The position numbers were made by a program, and so were the translations under genes. Positions 47,064-59,907 of a stretch of DNA of 64,000 nucleotides are shown in pieces (position 1 is the first letter of the stretch; the number at the start of each line of letters is the position of its first letter). The stretch is from Selaginella moellendorffii. Its lineage: Eukaryota; Plantae; Lycopodiophyta. The notes under the pieces were generated by a model that worked only from the letters and a program-made list of their open reading frames with translations, searched no databases and had not been told where the DNA came from. Location: contig NW_003314310.1 in NCBI RefSeq assembly GCF_000143415.4, positions 347,904-411,903 on the forward strand, written 5' to 3'.

Positions 47064-48584
47064 TTAATACCTGTTGTTCTGTTGTTTTGAAGCGCTGCTG
47101 GTGGTGGTGGTGGTGGTGGTGGCGGTGCCGGCGGCCTTCGCTTTGGCAGGCCGTAGCGGCGTCAAGTAAAAGTTCCAAGTGCTGCTGCCCAGTCGGTGGT
47201 ACGGTGACGACGCAGAGTGAGCGACAACGTCTCGATTCTCCCACGGCTGCTTTCCCCTGGTAGCGCAGTTATTAGCGTTGCCCCACCTGTTGTGCGGTAC
47301 CGGGCTCGACGACAAGCTCCACGCGCCGTAGTCCCTGTAGTAGGCCGTGTAGGCCGGCGTCGCCGCCTGGAGCTTCTTCAGCTCCACCGACGATGGAATG
47401 CTCCAGGAGCTCGGCTCTTCGGAGCTCGAGTGCCTGTCGACGGTGTTTTCCTGCTGGTGTTGTTGGTTTTGTTGGTGGTGGTGAGCGTCGCAAGCTTGCT
47501 GCGAGGAAGACGAGCTGATCCGGTTGGCCGCGTCCTTCTTGGCCTTGCCGTGGTTAGAGCTCGCACCGTGCTTGAAAATTCGCAGTGGCGATGAGATCCA
47601 CGATGGATTGCTGTGTTGCTGCTGCTGTTGTTGTTGTGGGTGCTGCTGCTTCCAGTTTGGGCTATGCTGGGAAGCTCGACCCTTTGCCAAGTTCACATAC
47701 TTGGCTTCTTCTTTCCTCGCCCGGTTGAAATAGCCGGCCAGGCTGCTGCTGCCGGTGCTCGTGGATTTCTTCTTGCTTACTGCTGGCTCGGTCTCGGGAG
47801 AAGGCCTTGGCTTGGATTTCCTGAAAGTTGTCACCAGCGAAGACCACCATGCGGATGACTTACATGACGAAGTCTTCTTGGCGGACGAGGAGTTCCCACT
47901 CTCTAACCCAGCTGCTGCGCTAGAACTAAGACCCTCACCTTGATAGTCTACCTTGGAAGAAGCGAGGCAGCGATGGCCGCCGCCGCCGCCGCCGCCGCCG
48001 CCGCTCCTCATCCCAGACGCGAGCGGTGGAGCGCCGCCATAGAAGCGCTGCGGCGTGCTCCTGTTGTTGCTGGCGCAAGCCGACGACGATTTCTTCTGCT
48101 GGCTCTGGTCCTTGGCGAAGATCGAGAAGAACCTCTGCCGGGTCCAGTCGTCAAGAACGGCATCGGACTTCCTCCCGGCGAATCCATTCCCGTTGCCGAA
48201 GGGAAGGTTGTTCCCCCGGGCGGCGTTGGAGGCGCCGCCCATGACAACGCCGCCGCCGCCGCCGCCGCCGCCGCCGCTACTTCCCTCCCAATGCGACCAA
48301 GATTTGGACCTCCGCAAGTAGGCATCCGAGAGTAGCGGTGAGACGAGCTGCTGCTGGCGCTGGCCTCCATAATCCGCGATCCCTGGCCGGCTAGCCGCGG
48401 CATTCCTCCTATCTAGCGCTACAAACCCGAATGCCGAGCTCCTGTCGCTGTAGGACGCCCTGTGTGGAACCAGCGCCTCCGCCGAGGGGCTCAGCGCCGA
48501 GAGCCGCTCCTTGAGGCAGTCGGCGCACACTCCAGCCGCGCGTTGAGAAGGGTGCCTCCAGCAGGAGCCATCTCTCCTGCTCAT
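47064..48584 (-). CDS. DUF740 (OCTOPUS-like family) protein
   Basis: 506-aa ORF; N-terminal CWRHP..GVCADCLKERLSAL and C-terminal FYLTPLR motif. Confidence 0.8.
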   Translation of the reverse strand: MSRRDGSCWRHPSQRAAGVCADCLKERLSALSPSAEALVPHRASYSDRSSAFGFVALDRRNAAASRPGIADYGGQRQQQLVSPLLSDAYLRRSKSWSHWEGSSGGGGGGGGGVVMGGASNAARGNNLPFGNGNGFAGRKSDAVLDDWTRQRFFSIFAKDQSQQKKSSSACASNNRSTPQRFYGGAPPLASGMRSGGGGGGGGGHRCLASSKVDYQGEGLSSSAAAGLESGNSSSAKKTSSCKSSAWWSSLVTTFRKSKPRPSPETEPAVSKKKSTSTGSSSLAGYFNRARKEEAKYVNLAKGRASQHSPNWKQQHPQQQQQQQHSNPSWISSPLRIFKHGASSNHGKAKKDAANRISSSSSQQACDAHHHQQNQQHQQENTVDRHSSSEEPSSWSIPSSVELKKLQAATPAYTAYYRDYGAWSLSSSPVPHNRWGNANNCATRGKQPWENRDVVAHSASSPYHRLGSSTWNFYLTPLRPAKAKAAGTATTTTTTTSSASKQQNNRY

Positions 48585-48933
48585 GATCCCATGGCAGCTC
48601 CTCGAAATCCTAGATCCCAGACGGCGCGCGATCCAAAATGCCGCGCTCTAGCTCGCAGATCGATCGATCGATCGCTCCCAGGCGTTAAGAGCCCTAAATC
48701 TCTAATCCCCACCAGGATTTGACCGTGAGGAGCACCGACGTGGACGAGTCCGTACGCAAGTACGAACGGCAGGGTGGGAATATTCAGATACCTAGGAAAG
48801 CGCAGGATATACCATTTCTTGCCACGCTCCCCATCCAGTTGTCGACGACCACGTGTAGGCCAGTCCTCGCGTTTTCCTTCCACCGCATGGAGGGTTAGGG
48901 TTCTTTACGTGTAGCTATGAGCTTGGAGGAGCA

Positions 48934-51123
48934 ATGGCGCCCGCTGCTTTGGTGAAGCGGAGTGTCTCGTTCGATCTCCTCAGCCGCGATGTCGCCGGCG
49001 ACGAGGATGATCGAGTGGTGCCGCCCAGGAACGGGCTCGTGGCGGAGAAGAATTCCGGGAGGCGGCGGCGCCGGAGCAAAAAGGGCACGCTCAAGCAGAG
49101 TTTCAGCCTCAGCCCTGGATCCAGCGCCGATCTCGCGGGATTTGCCGATCTGGTAGCGCAGGTCCGCAAAGAGGTACCAAAATTTCCCACAGCGGTGAAT
49201 GGGATACTCCAGCAGAATGGAGCGGAGGAAAAACGTGCTGTTCATGCGGTACAGGAAAATGGAGATGGTCCTGTTCTTCAAGAGAATGGAACCTCCTCTT
49301 TGGTGGCGCATCCCTCTCCTCAAGCTGTCAGTAACGCAGACACCAAAGTTTTCGATCGCTTCGAGGCCGAGAAGCCTGCGAAGCAAGTCGACATTGGCGA
49401 ATCCTGGCAAGCTCGCGGCTTTTTTCACGGGTTGCTTGAAGGGAGCTCTTTGGAGGCAACGGTACGAGCTGGAAATCAGAAAAGTCAGGATTGCGTCTAC
49501 AATACTCTGGTGCACGTCCCCTGGCGATGCGAACTGGTTAGTTGTTTGTTATTCTACTTCGCAAGAGTTTCATGCTTAACATTTTATCTTTGTTTTTGGA
49601 ACTCGTGTTTCAGCTCATCCTCGTTGGTTTTTTCGCCTGCCTAGACTCCTTTCTTTCGCTTCTGGTTGCGACACCGGTCCGAGTTGCAATAGCTCTTTGG
49701 AGGCGTCTGAGGTGAATTTTCTAGGTGTGAAATGATTTTCTTTTACATTGTTTTCTCACTTTCTTCTATCTGACTGGCAGAGAGCGACGAGCATTGGAAG
49801 CCAGTGACTTGTCCGATTTCGGTTGCTTACTTGTCTTGGTTCTCGGGGTTCTTTTTCTTCAGCAAGCAGGTATTTTGATCTATATGTCAGATGATTCTGG
49901 CTTCTTACGTTCTGCACTGTCACCGTTTAGATATCAGCTATATCTATCACTCGATTCGATTTGAGCCGAATATAAAACTTTATGTCATTTACAACATGCT
50001 GGAGGTAAAATTCAAAATTTCCTTGCAGGGCGTGAATTTTATTGTCTTGATTCAGGTCTTCGACAAACTCTTCCAGTCATTTGGCGTGGATGTACTACAG
50101 GTTCTGTATTTCTCAGCGATGAATTACGTTTCAAATGCTGCAGGTTTACAAACTTTTGCTCTCAACTGGCTCATAGCAGTGGGCTGCTTCAATATCCTTC
50201 GAAATTTTCTCTTTTCATCTCGTTCTTTTGTTCCATCCTTAACTGTGCACACCAATCCACTCGTTTATAATTTTGTTCGAAGCGATCAGTCTCTCCGCGG
50301 CGCTCCATTACGCCGCAACAAACAGGTCGCTGCTTGTGCTGCTAATGTCCAACAATTTCGCAGAGATCAAGAGTACCGTTTTCAAGCGGTTTAACAAGCA
50401 GAATATGCATGATCTGGCTCACACTGGTACGAAGCTTGTGTCGCTCGTATTTTTCGCAATAATGTGTTGTGTCACTTCCGCAGACACAGTGGAGCGCTTT
50501 CATCTTCTGACTTGCCTCTTTTTCGCGTTTGCGCAAAACATCATTCTTGTGGAAGGGCCATGGATGCAATTATTTTTCTACGTACGTTGCGTTATCTAGT
50601 TCCCGTATTGCACTGACTTATTGATCCCATATTGTGTTGTGCAGCACGCGGCGATGGTAATGTTTTGCGAATCCTTTGTGGACCTTGTCAAGCATTCCTT
50701 CCTAGCGAAGGTGAACCAAGTCATGCCCGCAGCCTACACGGAGTTCCTGGAGATGCTGTGCGAACAGGTTTATAGAGAAATCTTTCAAGTTCCTTCTCTC
50801 AAGTTTTCATGTTTCAGATTGCAAGCAGCCGCAAGGACTCCTCCAGGAGCAAAGCTCTCAGATTCATACCTCTCGGCCCCGCCTGTGTGGTAAGGCTAGA
50901 ACTTTCTCTCAAATGTTTCCATAACCTTGGATCACAGGTTATCAAAGTCATACTTCCTCTGTATGCTTCATACATCTCGACAAAGTCCGCTTGGAGTTCC
51001 CTGCTAAGATTTGGACTCGTTGCCGGTGGAACTTTCGCAATTTTGGTAGCGTTAAAGATCGTCGTGCGTTGGTCACTCAACAAGTATGCTGCGTGGTATC
51101 TCAAGCGTTGCCACATGGAGTAA
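48934..51123 (+). CDS. POD1: POD1/TAPT1/Emp65 (DUF747) ER membrane protein, ~10 exons
   Basis: Spliced motifs VYNT..VPWRCEL, GFFACLDSFLSLL, DISYIYHSIR..IKLYVIYNMLE, FDKLFQSFGVD, MSNNFAEIKSTVFKRF, DTVERFHL, VKHSFLAK, FIPLGPACVV. Confidence 0.9.
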
Positions 51124-51504
51124 AGCGTATGTACCATTTCAAACGGAGTTAGTTAGCTATAGCGAATATAGTAACTGCGGGCGCGAATATCTGACGGCTA
51201 CAGTGCCAGATATAGAATGAAATCCCTGACCGTCGATTGCTGGGCTATGGTTGCACGTTATAATCGTACGAAAATGTGGTGGACCTTTAGGCCGAATGAA
51301 AAAGAATAATTTCTTTGTTCTCCCTCCCTCACTGTTCTAGGGCTTTTGTACTAGGGTTTGGTGAGCTCCACGAAGTGGGCGGGGGGAATCCAAGGCGCCC
51401 CGAGCGATAGCGATGAGCTGGGGCTGGAAATTTGAGGTCGGAGACATCGCCAGCTCGCATTTCAGCTCCAGTAGATTTTGATCTCCGGATTGTAGCTTGG
51501 GGGC

Positions 51505-53218
51505 ATGGGCAGCGTCTGCGATTGCTGCGTCGCGGCGTATTGCTCGTGTCTAGCGCCCTCTCCCGCGGCCGCGCAGCTCCGCAAGCTCGAGCTTCTTCTC
51601 GCGCAGCAGCAAGGGGGCCTGTTGGAGGTGGATTTCCAAAAGAGCTGGGATGTCTGGAATGGCGGCGATTGCGAAGTACATGGGCGCTGCTCGTTTTGTA
51701 ACCGGCTTCTCTCCCAGTCCGGCAAGAACGAGCGCTCCGTGAAGAGGAAGTTTGCCAAAATCTATCCCGAGGAGGTGTTCTTCTCTTCCGTCGCCCGGGA
51801 GGAGGATGCTGTGATTTCCAACGAGCAAGTCAGGCGCTTGATGGGGGCCTTGGAGGCCGAGAGGGAGATTGTGAGCGCGCTGAGCGTAGAGCTCGAGGAA
51901 GAAAGGAATGCCGCCGCGGTGGCTGCTACCGAGACCTTGGCTATGATCACGAGGTTGCAAGAGGAGAAGGCTGCGGTGCAAATGGAAGCTAGCCAGTACA
52001 AGAGGATGGTGGAGGAGCGCACCCAGTATGATCAAGGCGCCATTGGGATGCTCAACGAGATCCTGGCCAAGCAGGAGGAGGAGAGGATGGCGCTGTCCAA
52101 AGAGGTGGAGATGTACCGGAGCTCTCTCGCTGGTGGGAAGAAGAGGCCTTGCTTTTCCAGTGTGGAGAGTGGGGATGGTGCTTCCATGGCTGCGACTTCA
52201 CAAGCGGGTGGCCAGCAGCGAGGGAAGAACTTGATGGAATCGTTCGAGAGGGTGGAATCTCCTCCGAGAGTTTACAGCCCTTCGCGAGGAGTGGGATCGT
52301 CTAGCATGGACGTCGACGAAGAGGGCAGTGGCTCGTCCGGGATTCACGATCTACGTGAGGTTTCTAGCACAGCAACGACGTCGGGTGGCCGGTCCGAGCA
52401 CGAGTTCATGGAGAAGTATGGTCCGAGATGGAAAAGCCATGGTTCGCCTCTCAAGAACTCGAGAAGCTATGGCTCCGCGTCCAGCTCGTCCGGTTTGTAT
52501 TCGAGTTCCGTGAGCCGGAATGACGAAGACGACGCCGTCGACCACATTGTTCGTGCCTTCGCCCGGCCGCATGGGAAGCTCAGCGAGGAGCTGAGAGAGC
52601 TGAGCGCGAGGCTGAGAGCGCTGGAAGCCGAGAGGGATTACCACGCGTTTGGAGGGCCGAGGAGGGGCGGTGGTGGCAACGGCGAGATGGAGATTCTAGA
52701 GGAGATATCACAGCAGCTGCGGCACATCCAAGCCTTGGACAGGAAGTCGGACGGTATCAAGGAGTTATCAGAGGCATCCTTCGTTTTCTCCTTCAAGGTA
52801 AACAAGCTAGTTCGTAGCATTCCCCAGTTTCCAGTTTTGATTCTTTGTTGTTTCGCAGGGATTCTTCTCGTTCAATGGTTTGCGCCAGTCGCTCAACTCG
52901 AACATCAACAGGTAAAACGTTCTTCACGGTTGTTCTTTCGTCGATGATCGATCGATCTGTTCTTCCAGATTGGCGTGCATGTTTCTCAAACCTACGGAAT
53001 TGAGCTACGGAGACCATCACGTCGGGCTGTCTCACTTGCTCGAGAGCTCGCCCCGCAAGACTCCTCGAGCGGTGCCTTGCCTGACTCGCGGGATCAAAGT
53101 GGAGACTCCGCCGCTCTTCTCAAACTCGTCCTACGCTGTGCTCCATCGCCAGAATCTGGAGTGGCCAATGGACGCGAGGGGGCGATCGGAGACAGCATTT
53201 AGCGGCTGGGACTACTGA
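51505..53218 (+). CDS. Myosin-binding protein (MyoB-like, GTD/zein-binding DUF593), 3 exons
   Basis: ELEEERNAAAVAATETLAMITRLQEEKAAVQMEASQYKRM; exons 51505-52797, 52859-52911, 52969-53218. Confidence 0.88.
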
Positions 53219-53365
53219 GAGATCAACCAAAAAACTAGAACAAGAGAGAAGAGAGAGGTTGTTCTTCGTTTTTGCGTGTACATAATTTTTGCGTTTGTTA
53301 ACGTTTGGAGATTGGAATATGCTTCTGGGTTTAGGGTTTAGAGTTCTTTGGGAGCTAGGGTATGA

Positions 53366-54010
53366 ATGGCGGCTGTGGCTTGGCAGCTGAGAGCCCGTGT
53401 TCTCCGTAGGCATTTCCATCCGGCGCCATCGATCCGGCCGCCGTGCGCTCCTGCCGAGGCGCCAGTGATCGGGAGCGAGGTCGGGCATGGAGCACCTGCA
53501 GCAGAATCGATTTCTGGATCGATGGAGCTCATGGCAGTCCCCAAATCAAAGGTAAAAGTGCTGCATTCTTGGCGCTCTATCTCTCTTTTGTTTCCTAGAT
53601 TTCCAAGTATAAGAAGAAGCTAAGGAACAATCCCAAGAACTTGAAGCCCATTCCAGTGATCGCCCAGTGCTCGTAAGTGCTAAGATTTTCCATTGAGGAG
53701 GGAGAGAGACCGATTGGGTAGTAATTCAGGCAGCCTGCCGCAGCGATCAATCTGCGAGCACGGCGTTCATCTGCCCAGAGATGCAAATTTCTTGCTTTTC
53801 TGACTCGCGGAGAGCTTTTGGCTCAGTGAGGCAAGTCAAGTAACACTCGAAAACATTGATTCTAACGAGAGAAAAAATCTATCCATGGTTTCTTACAATT
53901 GCTGTGGTGTGTTGATCGTTTCTTGTGCCAGGATTTGTGGAAGATACAGACTTCCAATGTACTTTTGCTGTAGTCCATGGTTTCGAGCAAAGAAGGATTT
54001 CAAAGTATAA
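53366..54010 (+). CDS. MRPL32: Mitochondrial ribosomal protein L32 (bL32m), 3 exons
   Basis: Exons 53366-53551, 53599-53672, 53932-54010 give a transit peptide plus MELMAVPKSKISKYKKKLRNNPKNLKPIPVIAQCSICGRYRLPMYFCCS. Confidence 0.88.
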
Positions 54011-54037
54011 ATCAAAGCCACTTTTGTACAGAGCATT

Positions 54038-54068
54038 CTAGGGTTTTAGTGCCACGCCATTAGGGTTT
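54038..54068. promoter_or_regulatory. Telo-box motifs (TAGGGTTT) upstream of NRPA1; similar motif at 53327-53341 upstream of MRPL32
   Basis: AAACCCTA complement just 5' of the start codons; established feature of plant translation and ribosome-biogenesis promoters. Confidence 0.55.
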
Positions 54069-54083
54069 TAGCGAAGAGCGAAA

Positions 54084-57000
54084 ATGGGGCGCCGAGAGGT
54101 AGGCGATGAGAGAAATCGATCGTGGATGTGATTCTTCCTCTTCGATCGATGCAGGAGGCGGCGCATTCGATGGAGGCGATCGGATTCTCGTATTATCAGG
54201 CCGATGAGGTGCGAGCGATGAGTGTGAAGCGGATTACCAGCCCGCGGTTGCTGGATGGATTGGGGAAGCCGGTGCCGAATGGGCTGTATGATCCAGCTCT
54301 TGGTCCTACAGAACAATCGGATGTGTAAGGCTCAATCTTTCAGCATTTTCGTGCTTAAAAGACTGGGTTTTTTTTTTTTTTTTGCGCAGGTGTCCGACTT
54401 GTGGAGATATGCAGCTGTTTTGTCCTGGACATTTCGGGCATATTGAGCTCGTGATGCCAGTTTTCAATCCTCTTCTCTACAGATCTCTCGTGAGAATTTT
54501 CAAGAGCGTTTGTGTTTTTTGCCACCACTTCAAGCACGAGCGCAAGAAAGTAAGTGGAGGAAAACCATTGCTTCTTTAGCGTGAGTTTTCTGACTGACTT
54601 TTTCCAAATTTGTTTCCACAGGTTGAAGACGCTTGCATTGCTCTCACGCAAATCATGAAAGAGAGTGTTGTCGAGAATCCGTCAGGTGGGCGTAAAATGC
54701 TTATAACGTCGGGGCACTTTATCCAAGTGAAGAAGATCATCGAAGATTTCTTTAAACTTCCGCGGACCAAATGTAGTTCTTGCGGTGGGCAGGTTCCAGC
54801 GCTCAGGAGCGAAGGTCACGGGAAGCTGTTCCAGGTAACCTTGGGAGTGTTTCTAGTGGTTATTTACTCAATCATTTTTCTATTTTTTTTTCTCCAGCAA
54901 CCACTGAGTTCTAGGCATATGAGTGCGAACATGGTCAGCGGGCATATTTTTAGAGATCAAAATGCTGCAGCGGCTGCAATGGACGCCAGCGTTCCCGAGT
55001 CGAAGGGCAAAAGGCCCAAAGCGGATAAATTTGCCAAGAACTCGAGTATTCAAGCAGTCGGGTACTTCAGCGCGCCTAAAATTTTACTGCCTTCAGAGGT
55101 GACGTTCTCATGTTCTTCCTTTTTAGAGACTGATACAAGTTTCAGGTAAGAAAACACTTGAGTGCGCTGTGGAGGAACGAGGAGAAGCTCTGCTCTTTGA
55201 TTTGGGGTGGAGTTGGGACTGGAAAGTCACCTTCACCTGCTCGGAAAGATGGTTTATCTCTGTTCTTCTTGGAAGCACTTGCAGTCACACCGAATCGATT
55301 TCGGCCTCCAAACTATGTCAATAATCAGGTAAAACTGCTTCTATACATGTTTTTCAATTGTTAATAAGTTCACTGGCAGCTTCTGGAGCATCCTCAAAAC
55401 AAGCTTTATGAGGTTGTTGTCGAAAAAAATATTCAGCTGTCAGATCTTATTACAGAGAGCGGTGCAAAATCAGAGGATGGTCTGCGGTTATGGCTTGAGT
55501 TGCAAAATGCCGTGAACGAACTTATTGATAGCACTACTGGTATTTTCGTCAGCATGATGAGTTATTTGCAAAGTTTCAGATTCCTCTGTGTTGCAGTTGC
55601 TGGGAAAGATAGAAACGTTGGAATCAGACAACTATTGGAAAAGAAACAAGGTCTCTTTAGGTGGAACATGATGGGGAAGAGGGTAAACCATACCTGCCGT
55701 TCCGTCATTTCACCTGATCCTTTTATTGCGGTCAATGAAATTGGTATTCCACCAAATTTTGCTGTAAAACTGACATATCCAGAGGTATGAAGACGTATTG
55801 CTGACAGTACTTACGTTCTGGTTTTCTGCTTTCAGAAAGTAACAGCGTATAACTTCGAGCGCTTGAGGAGAAATGTTGAAAATGGTCCGAACGTACATCC
55901 TGGGGCTACTCATGTTGAAGACGAGCTGGGTGTTCGGGTGAGCCTTGAGTACCTTAAAGATTGGCAGCGGGTTGCTACGGCAAAGACACTGCTTTCCACG
56001 CCAGGCGCTACAGCGACTGACACTATAAAGAAAGAAAAGCTTATAGGAAAGACAGTTTACCGACACTTGCAAGACGGAGATATATTACTCGCGAATCGTC
56101 AGGTAAAATTCGGTTAATGTTTGTGGTTGCTCATTTGTTTTTGTAGCCAACTCTTCACAAACCTGGAGTGATGGGACACAAAGCTCGTGTGATTAAAGGG
56201 CAACGAGCTTTGCGTTTGCACTACGCAAATTGCAGGTTTAAATCCTAAACTTATCTGGCAGTGCACTGAATGTTGTTTTTCTAGTACGTACAATGCAGAC
56301 TTTGATGGAGATGAGATGAATGTTCATTTTCCACAAGATGAACTAGGACGAGCCGAGGCTTACCTGATTGTCAATGCCAACCAACAGTATATCGTACCGA
56401 CAAGCGGGGAACCGATACGAGGGCTCATTCAAGTAAGAAATTGTAACGATTTGCTGTTTTCTCATCAACTGTATAAACAGGATCATATTATTAGTGCAAC
56501 TCTTCTCACGAAAAAGGATACATTTTTAACGAAGGAGGAATATCATCAACTCGTTTATTCTGCTTGCGTACCTATGCCGACGTTAGAATCTGCCACTTTT
56601 TCGAAGGGTCGCAATGTGAAAACGCTCGACAATCATCCGGCAATTGAAACTGTCCCTCCAGCTATTTGGAAACCTCGTTGCCTGTGGTCCGGAAAGCAAG
56701 TATGTTTATTTGATTTCTTGATTGTTACTGAGAATTGTTGACACTTCGTAGGTTTTAACGACAATCCTCAACTATGTCACCAGAGGGAGACCTCCGTTTT
56801 CAATGGAAAGAGGTATACGTGTCTCGGGAGATTACATTGGGAAGACAAGCGAGGAACTGAAGGTTCTGGTTCGAGGAAACGATTTTCTTTGCGGTATCAT
56901 TGACAAAGCTCAGTTTGGAAAATTTGGCTTGGTGCACACTGTTCAAGAGCTGTATGGTGCTGACGATGCTGGTCATCTTCTATCGGTTTTTAGCAGGCTG

Positions 57001-59907
57001 TTCACCTCCTATTTATTTGTGAGTGGAGTTATTCTGTTAACTCTCAAGTTTTCTAATTTTCTTTTCTTTTTCGTACTGTTCTGCAGATGCATGGGTTTAC
57101 TTGTGGAATCGCCGACATGCTTTTGCTCCCAGGAGCGGAAGAGGAGAGAGCTGCTAAACTCGAGCCAGCGGAGAATGAGCTGGGTGACATTGTGCATGGG
57201 CGTTTTGTGGGTGTTGAGGACAAGCAACTGTCGAGTAAGAGAAAAAAAGTCTACATTGCTTTGGTTCTAACATGCACATCAATAGGCGTGGGAATTGAAG
57301 CAATTAAAGACATGACTGGGAGAATTCTTCAGCTGAGAGCTGATGCCGGCCGAGCTCGTCTCGATATGCTCATGTCAAGTGCTATGAATAAGGTGACTTC
57401 TGAAGTAAACAATGCACTCTTTCCGAAAGGTTTGGTGAAGCCTTTCCCTGAAAATTGCTTATCTCTGATGACGGTAACTGGTGCAAAGGGAGGAATGGTA
57501 CGTAAACGTGTATATTGATGGTATCAGTGAGCTAATTGTAGTGTTACAGGTCAACTTCACGCAAATATCGTCAATGCTTGGCCAGCAGGAATTAGAAGGC
57601 AAACGCGTGCCAAGGATGGTGTCTGGCAAGACGCTTCCCTGTTTTCAACCATACGAACCTGTTGCCAGGTCCGGTGGGTTTATCAAAGATCGTTTCCTGA
57701 CAGGTTTAAGGCCTCAGGAGTACTATTATCATTGCATGGCTGGACGTGACGGGTATGCTGATACTTAAGCGGACTTTCAATAACTCACTATTCGTCTATG
57801 CTTGCAGACTTGTGGATACTGCCGTCAAAACAGCAAAGAGTGGATACTTGCAGAGATGCATAATAAAAAATCTGGAGTGCTTGAAAATCAATTACGACTT
57901 TACAGTACGTGATGCAGATGGATCGGTGATACAATTTTTTTATGGAGAAGATGCCGTGGACGTGACTAAGAGCAGCTGTTTGACGAACTTCGACCTTATG
58001 GCTACAGTTAAGGCATTTGAGGTTTTTCGTTTCCCTCACTGCCTTTTCTTTCAGAACCGCGACCTGATTACTCAAAAGCTTGGCTTAGGAGAACATGCCA
58101 AGGACGTGAAGAATATGAAGGCAATTGTTTCCAAGGACGCTTACATCACAGACATACCTGAGGCCATGGAACAGAAGTTTGAGAAGTTTATGGGTGGGCT
58201 CTCGGAAGAGAAGAAAAAGGCGTACAAATTGTATCGCAGGAGACACATCAAGGAACTCAGAAGCGTGATGACGCACAAGTACTTTGCTAGCCTCGCAGCA
58301 CCTGGTGAGCCAGTCGGTGTTCTTGCTGGCCAATCTATCGGGGAACCATCTACACAAATGACGTAAGTCTTTCTGAGTTCCATCATTAGTTATGACCCTG
58401 GCTGTATACCATTGCGCAGGCTCAATACTTTCCACTTTGCAGGACGTGGTGAGATGAACGTGACGCTGGGTATTCCTAGGCTGCACGAAATCCTTACCGT
58501 TGCCTCCAAGGCTATCAAAACTCCTATAATGACGTGCCCGTTGAAGCCTGGGAAAACAAGGTTGGTAGAAAAGAAATTACTCTCTTTCTTACTATTGAGA
58601 TTTCGTGTTCAGAGACGAAGGCCAGAAGCTTGCCGGCGTGATGACCAAGGTGATGTTACCGGACATCTTGGAAACGGTCGAAGTGAGTGCTGTTCCCTTC
58701 TATGTTCATCACGGTGTACCGTCACGGCTTTACAAAGTGAGACTACGTGTATATCCTGAAGAGCGTTTCCCGCCGCACCTTGATCTCAAAATGAGGAGAT
58801 AGACATGGCCATCAAGTCCGTCTTTGCTAAAGGAGTGAGGAAAGAAATCGAGAGGGAGATAAAGGCACTCACTTCGGCAAAAGACTCCATACAGATACTT
58901 GGAATTTCGGAGGACGAGCCTTCTCCCGCCGGGGAGGGTGAAATCGAAGGTGGGAAGAAGAAGGTGGTCGAGGCTGGGGAAGTAGCTGAAGAAGATGACG
59001 ATGATGATGATCAAGAAGAAGGGGCCGATGCCGAGAAACGGAAAGGGAGAACTACTGACGAGGCTGCTTATGAGACAGATAGCGAGCAAGAGGACGAGCA
59101 AGAGATGGATTTAGATGCTGAAAACGATATTGCCGACGGTGATAACGACGAAGAGAAGGGCGGTGAAGTTGTGGATGACGAGGAAGAGGGGCACGGGAAA
59201 GAGAAAGAGGGGAAGAAGAGCAGTAGCGTTCGGGCTCGTGGGAGAAGCTACGAGATGAAATTCCAAGCGAACCAGAACAGTCCGCAGCTCTTTCTTCCGA
59301 ATGTAAGTATTTTTTTACTGTTTCTTCTTTATGGCTGTTTCATGCTGGCTGTCTCGTGCAGATTGTCGAGAAAGTACTCAAAACCGTGACGGTACGGCGT
59401 ATGAAAAACATCGAGAAGTGTAACACGATTGAGCTTAACGGCAAACCGGAAAACCCCGCGCTCCAGACGGACGGTGTCAACTTCTGGGAACTCTGGTCTC
59501 TGCCGGACGATGTTCTCGACTTAAACAAGCTCACATCCAACGACATTGCCGCCATGCTCAACACTTACGGCGTAGAGGCAGCCAGAGCCACCATCGTGAG
59601 GGAGGTACAGGGCGTCTTCGGCTCCTACGGCATCTCTGTCAACGCCCGCCATCTCAGCCTCATTGCCGATTTCATGACGTTCCAGGGGGGTTACAGGCCA
59701 CTCAACCGGGTCGGCATCGTCTCCAACCCGTCACCTTTCCTCAAGATGAGTTTCGAGACCGCGTCGCAGTTCCTCATAGATGCGTCTCTGCGGCGGCAAG
59801 TCGACGAGCTGGATACCCCGTCTTCACGGATTATTGTTGGGAGAACAGTGGGCCTGGGAACAGGATGCTTTGATTTGCTCCAGAAGACGGACATGCCGCA
59901 GTATTGA
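54084..59907 (+). CDS. NRPA1: DNA-directed RNA polymerase I largest subunit, many short introns (apparent 1-nt frameshift at ~58790)
   Basis: [96 protein letters not shown], acidic insert, KMSFETA; no CTD heptads. Confidence 0.95.

Noticed and set aside
46563-47263. ORFs downstream of or antisense to DUF740
   Set aside because: Driven by CCA/TGG microsatellites and GC-rich antisense frames.
58747-58802. 56-nt GT..AG intron that would rescue the NRPA1 frame
   Set aside because: Weak splice context, and it would delete residues ([11 protein letters not shown]) that resemble conserved NRPA1 sequence.
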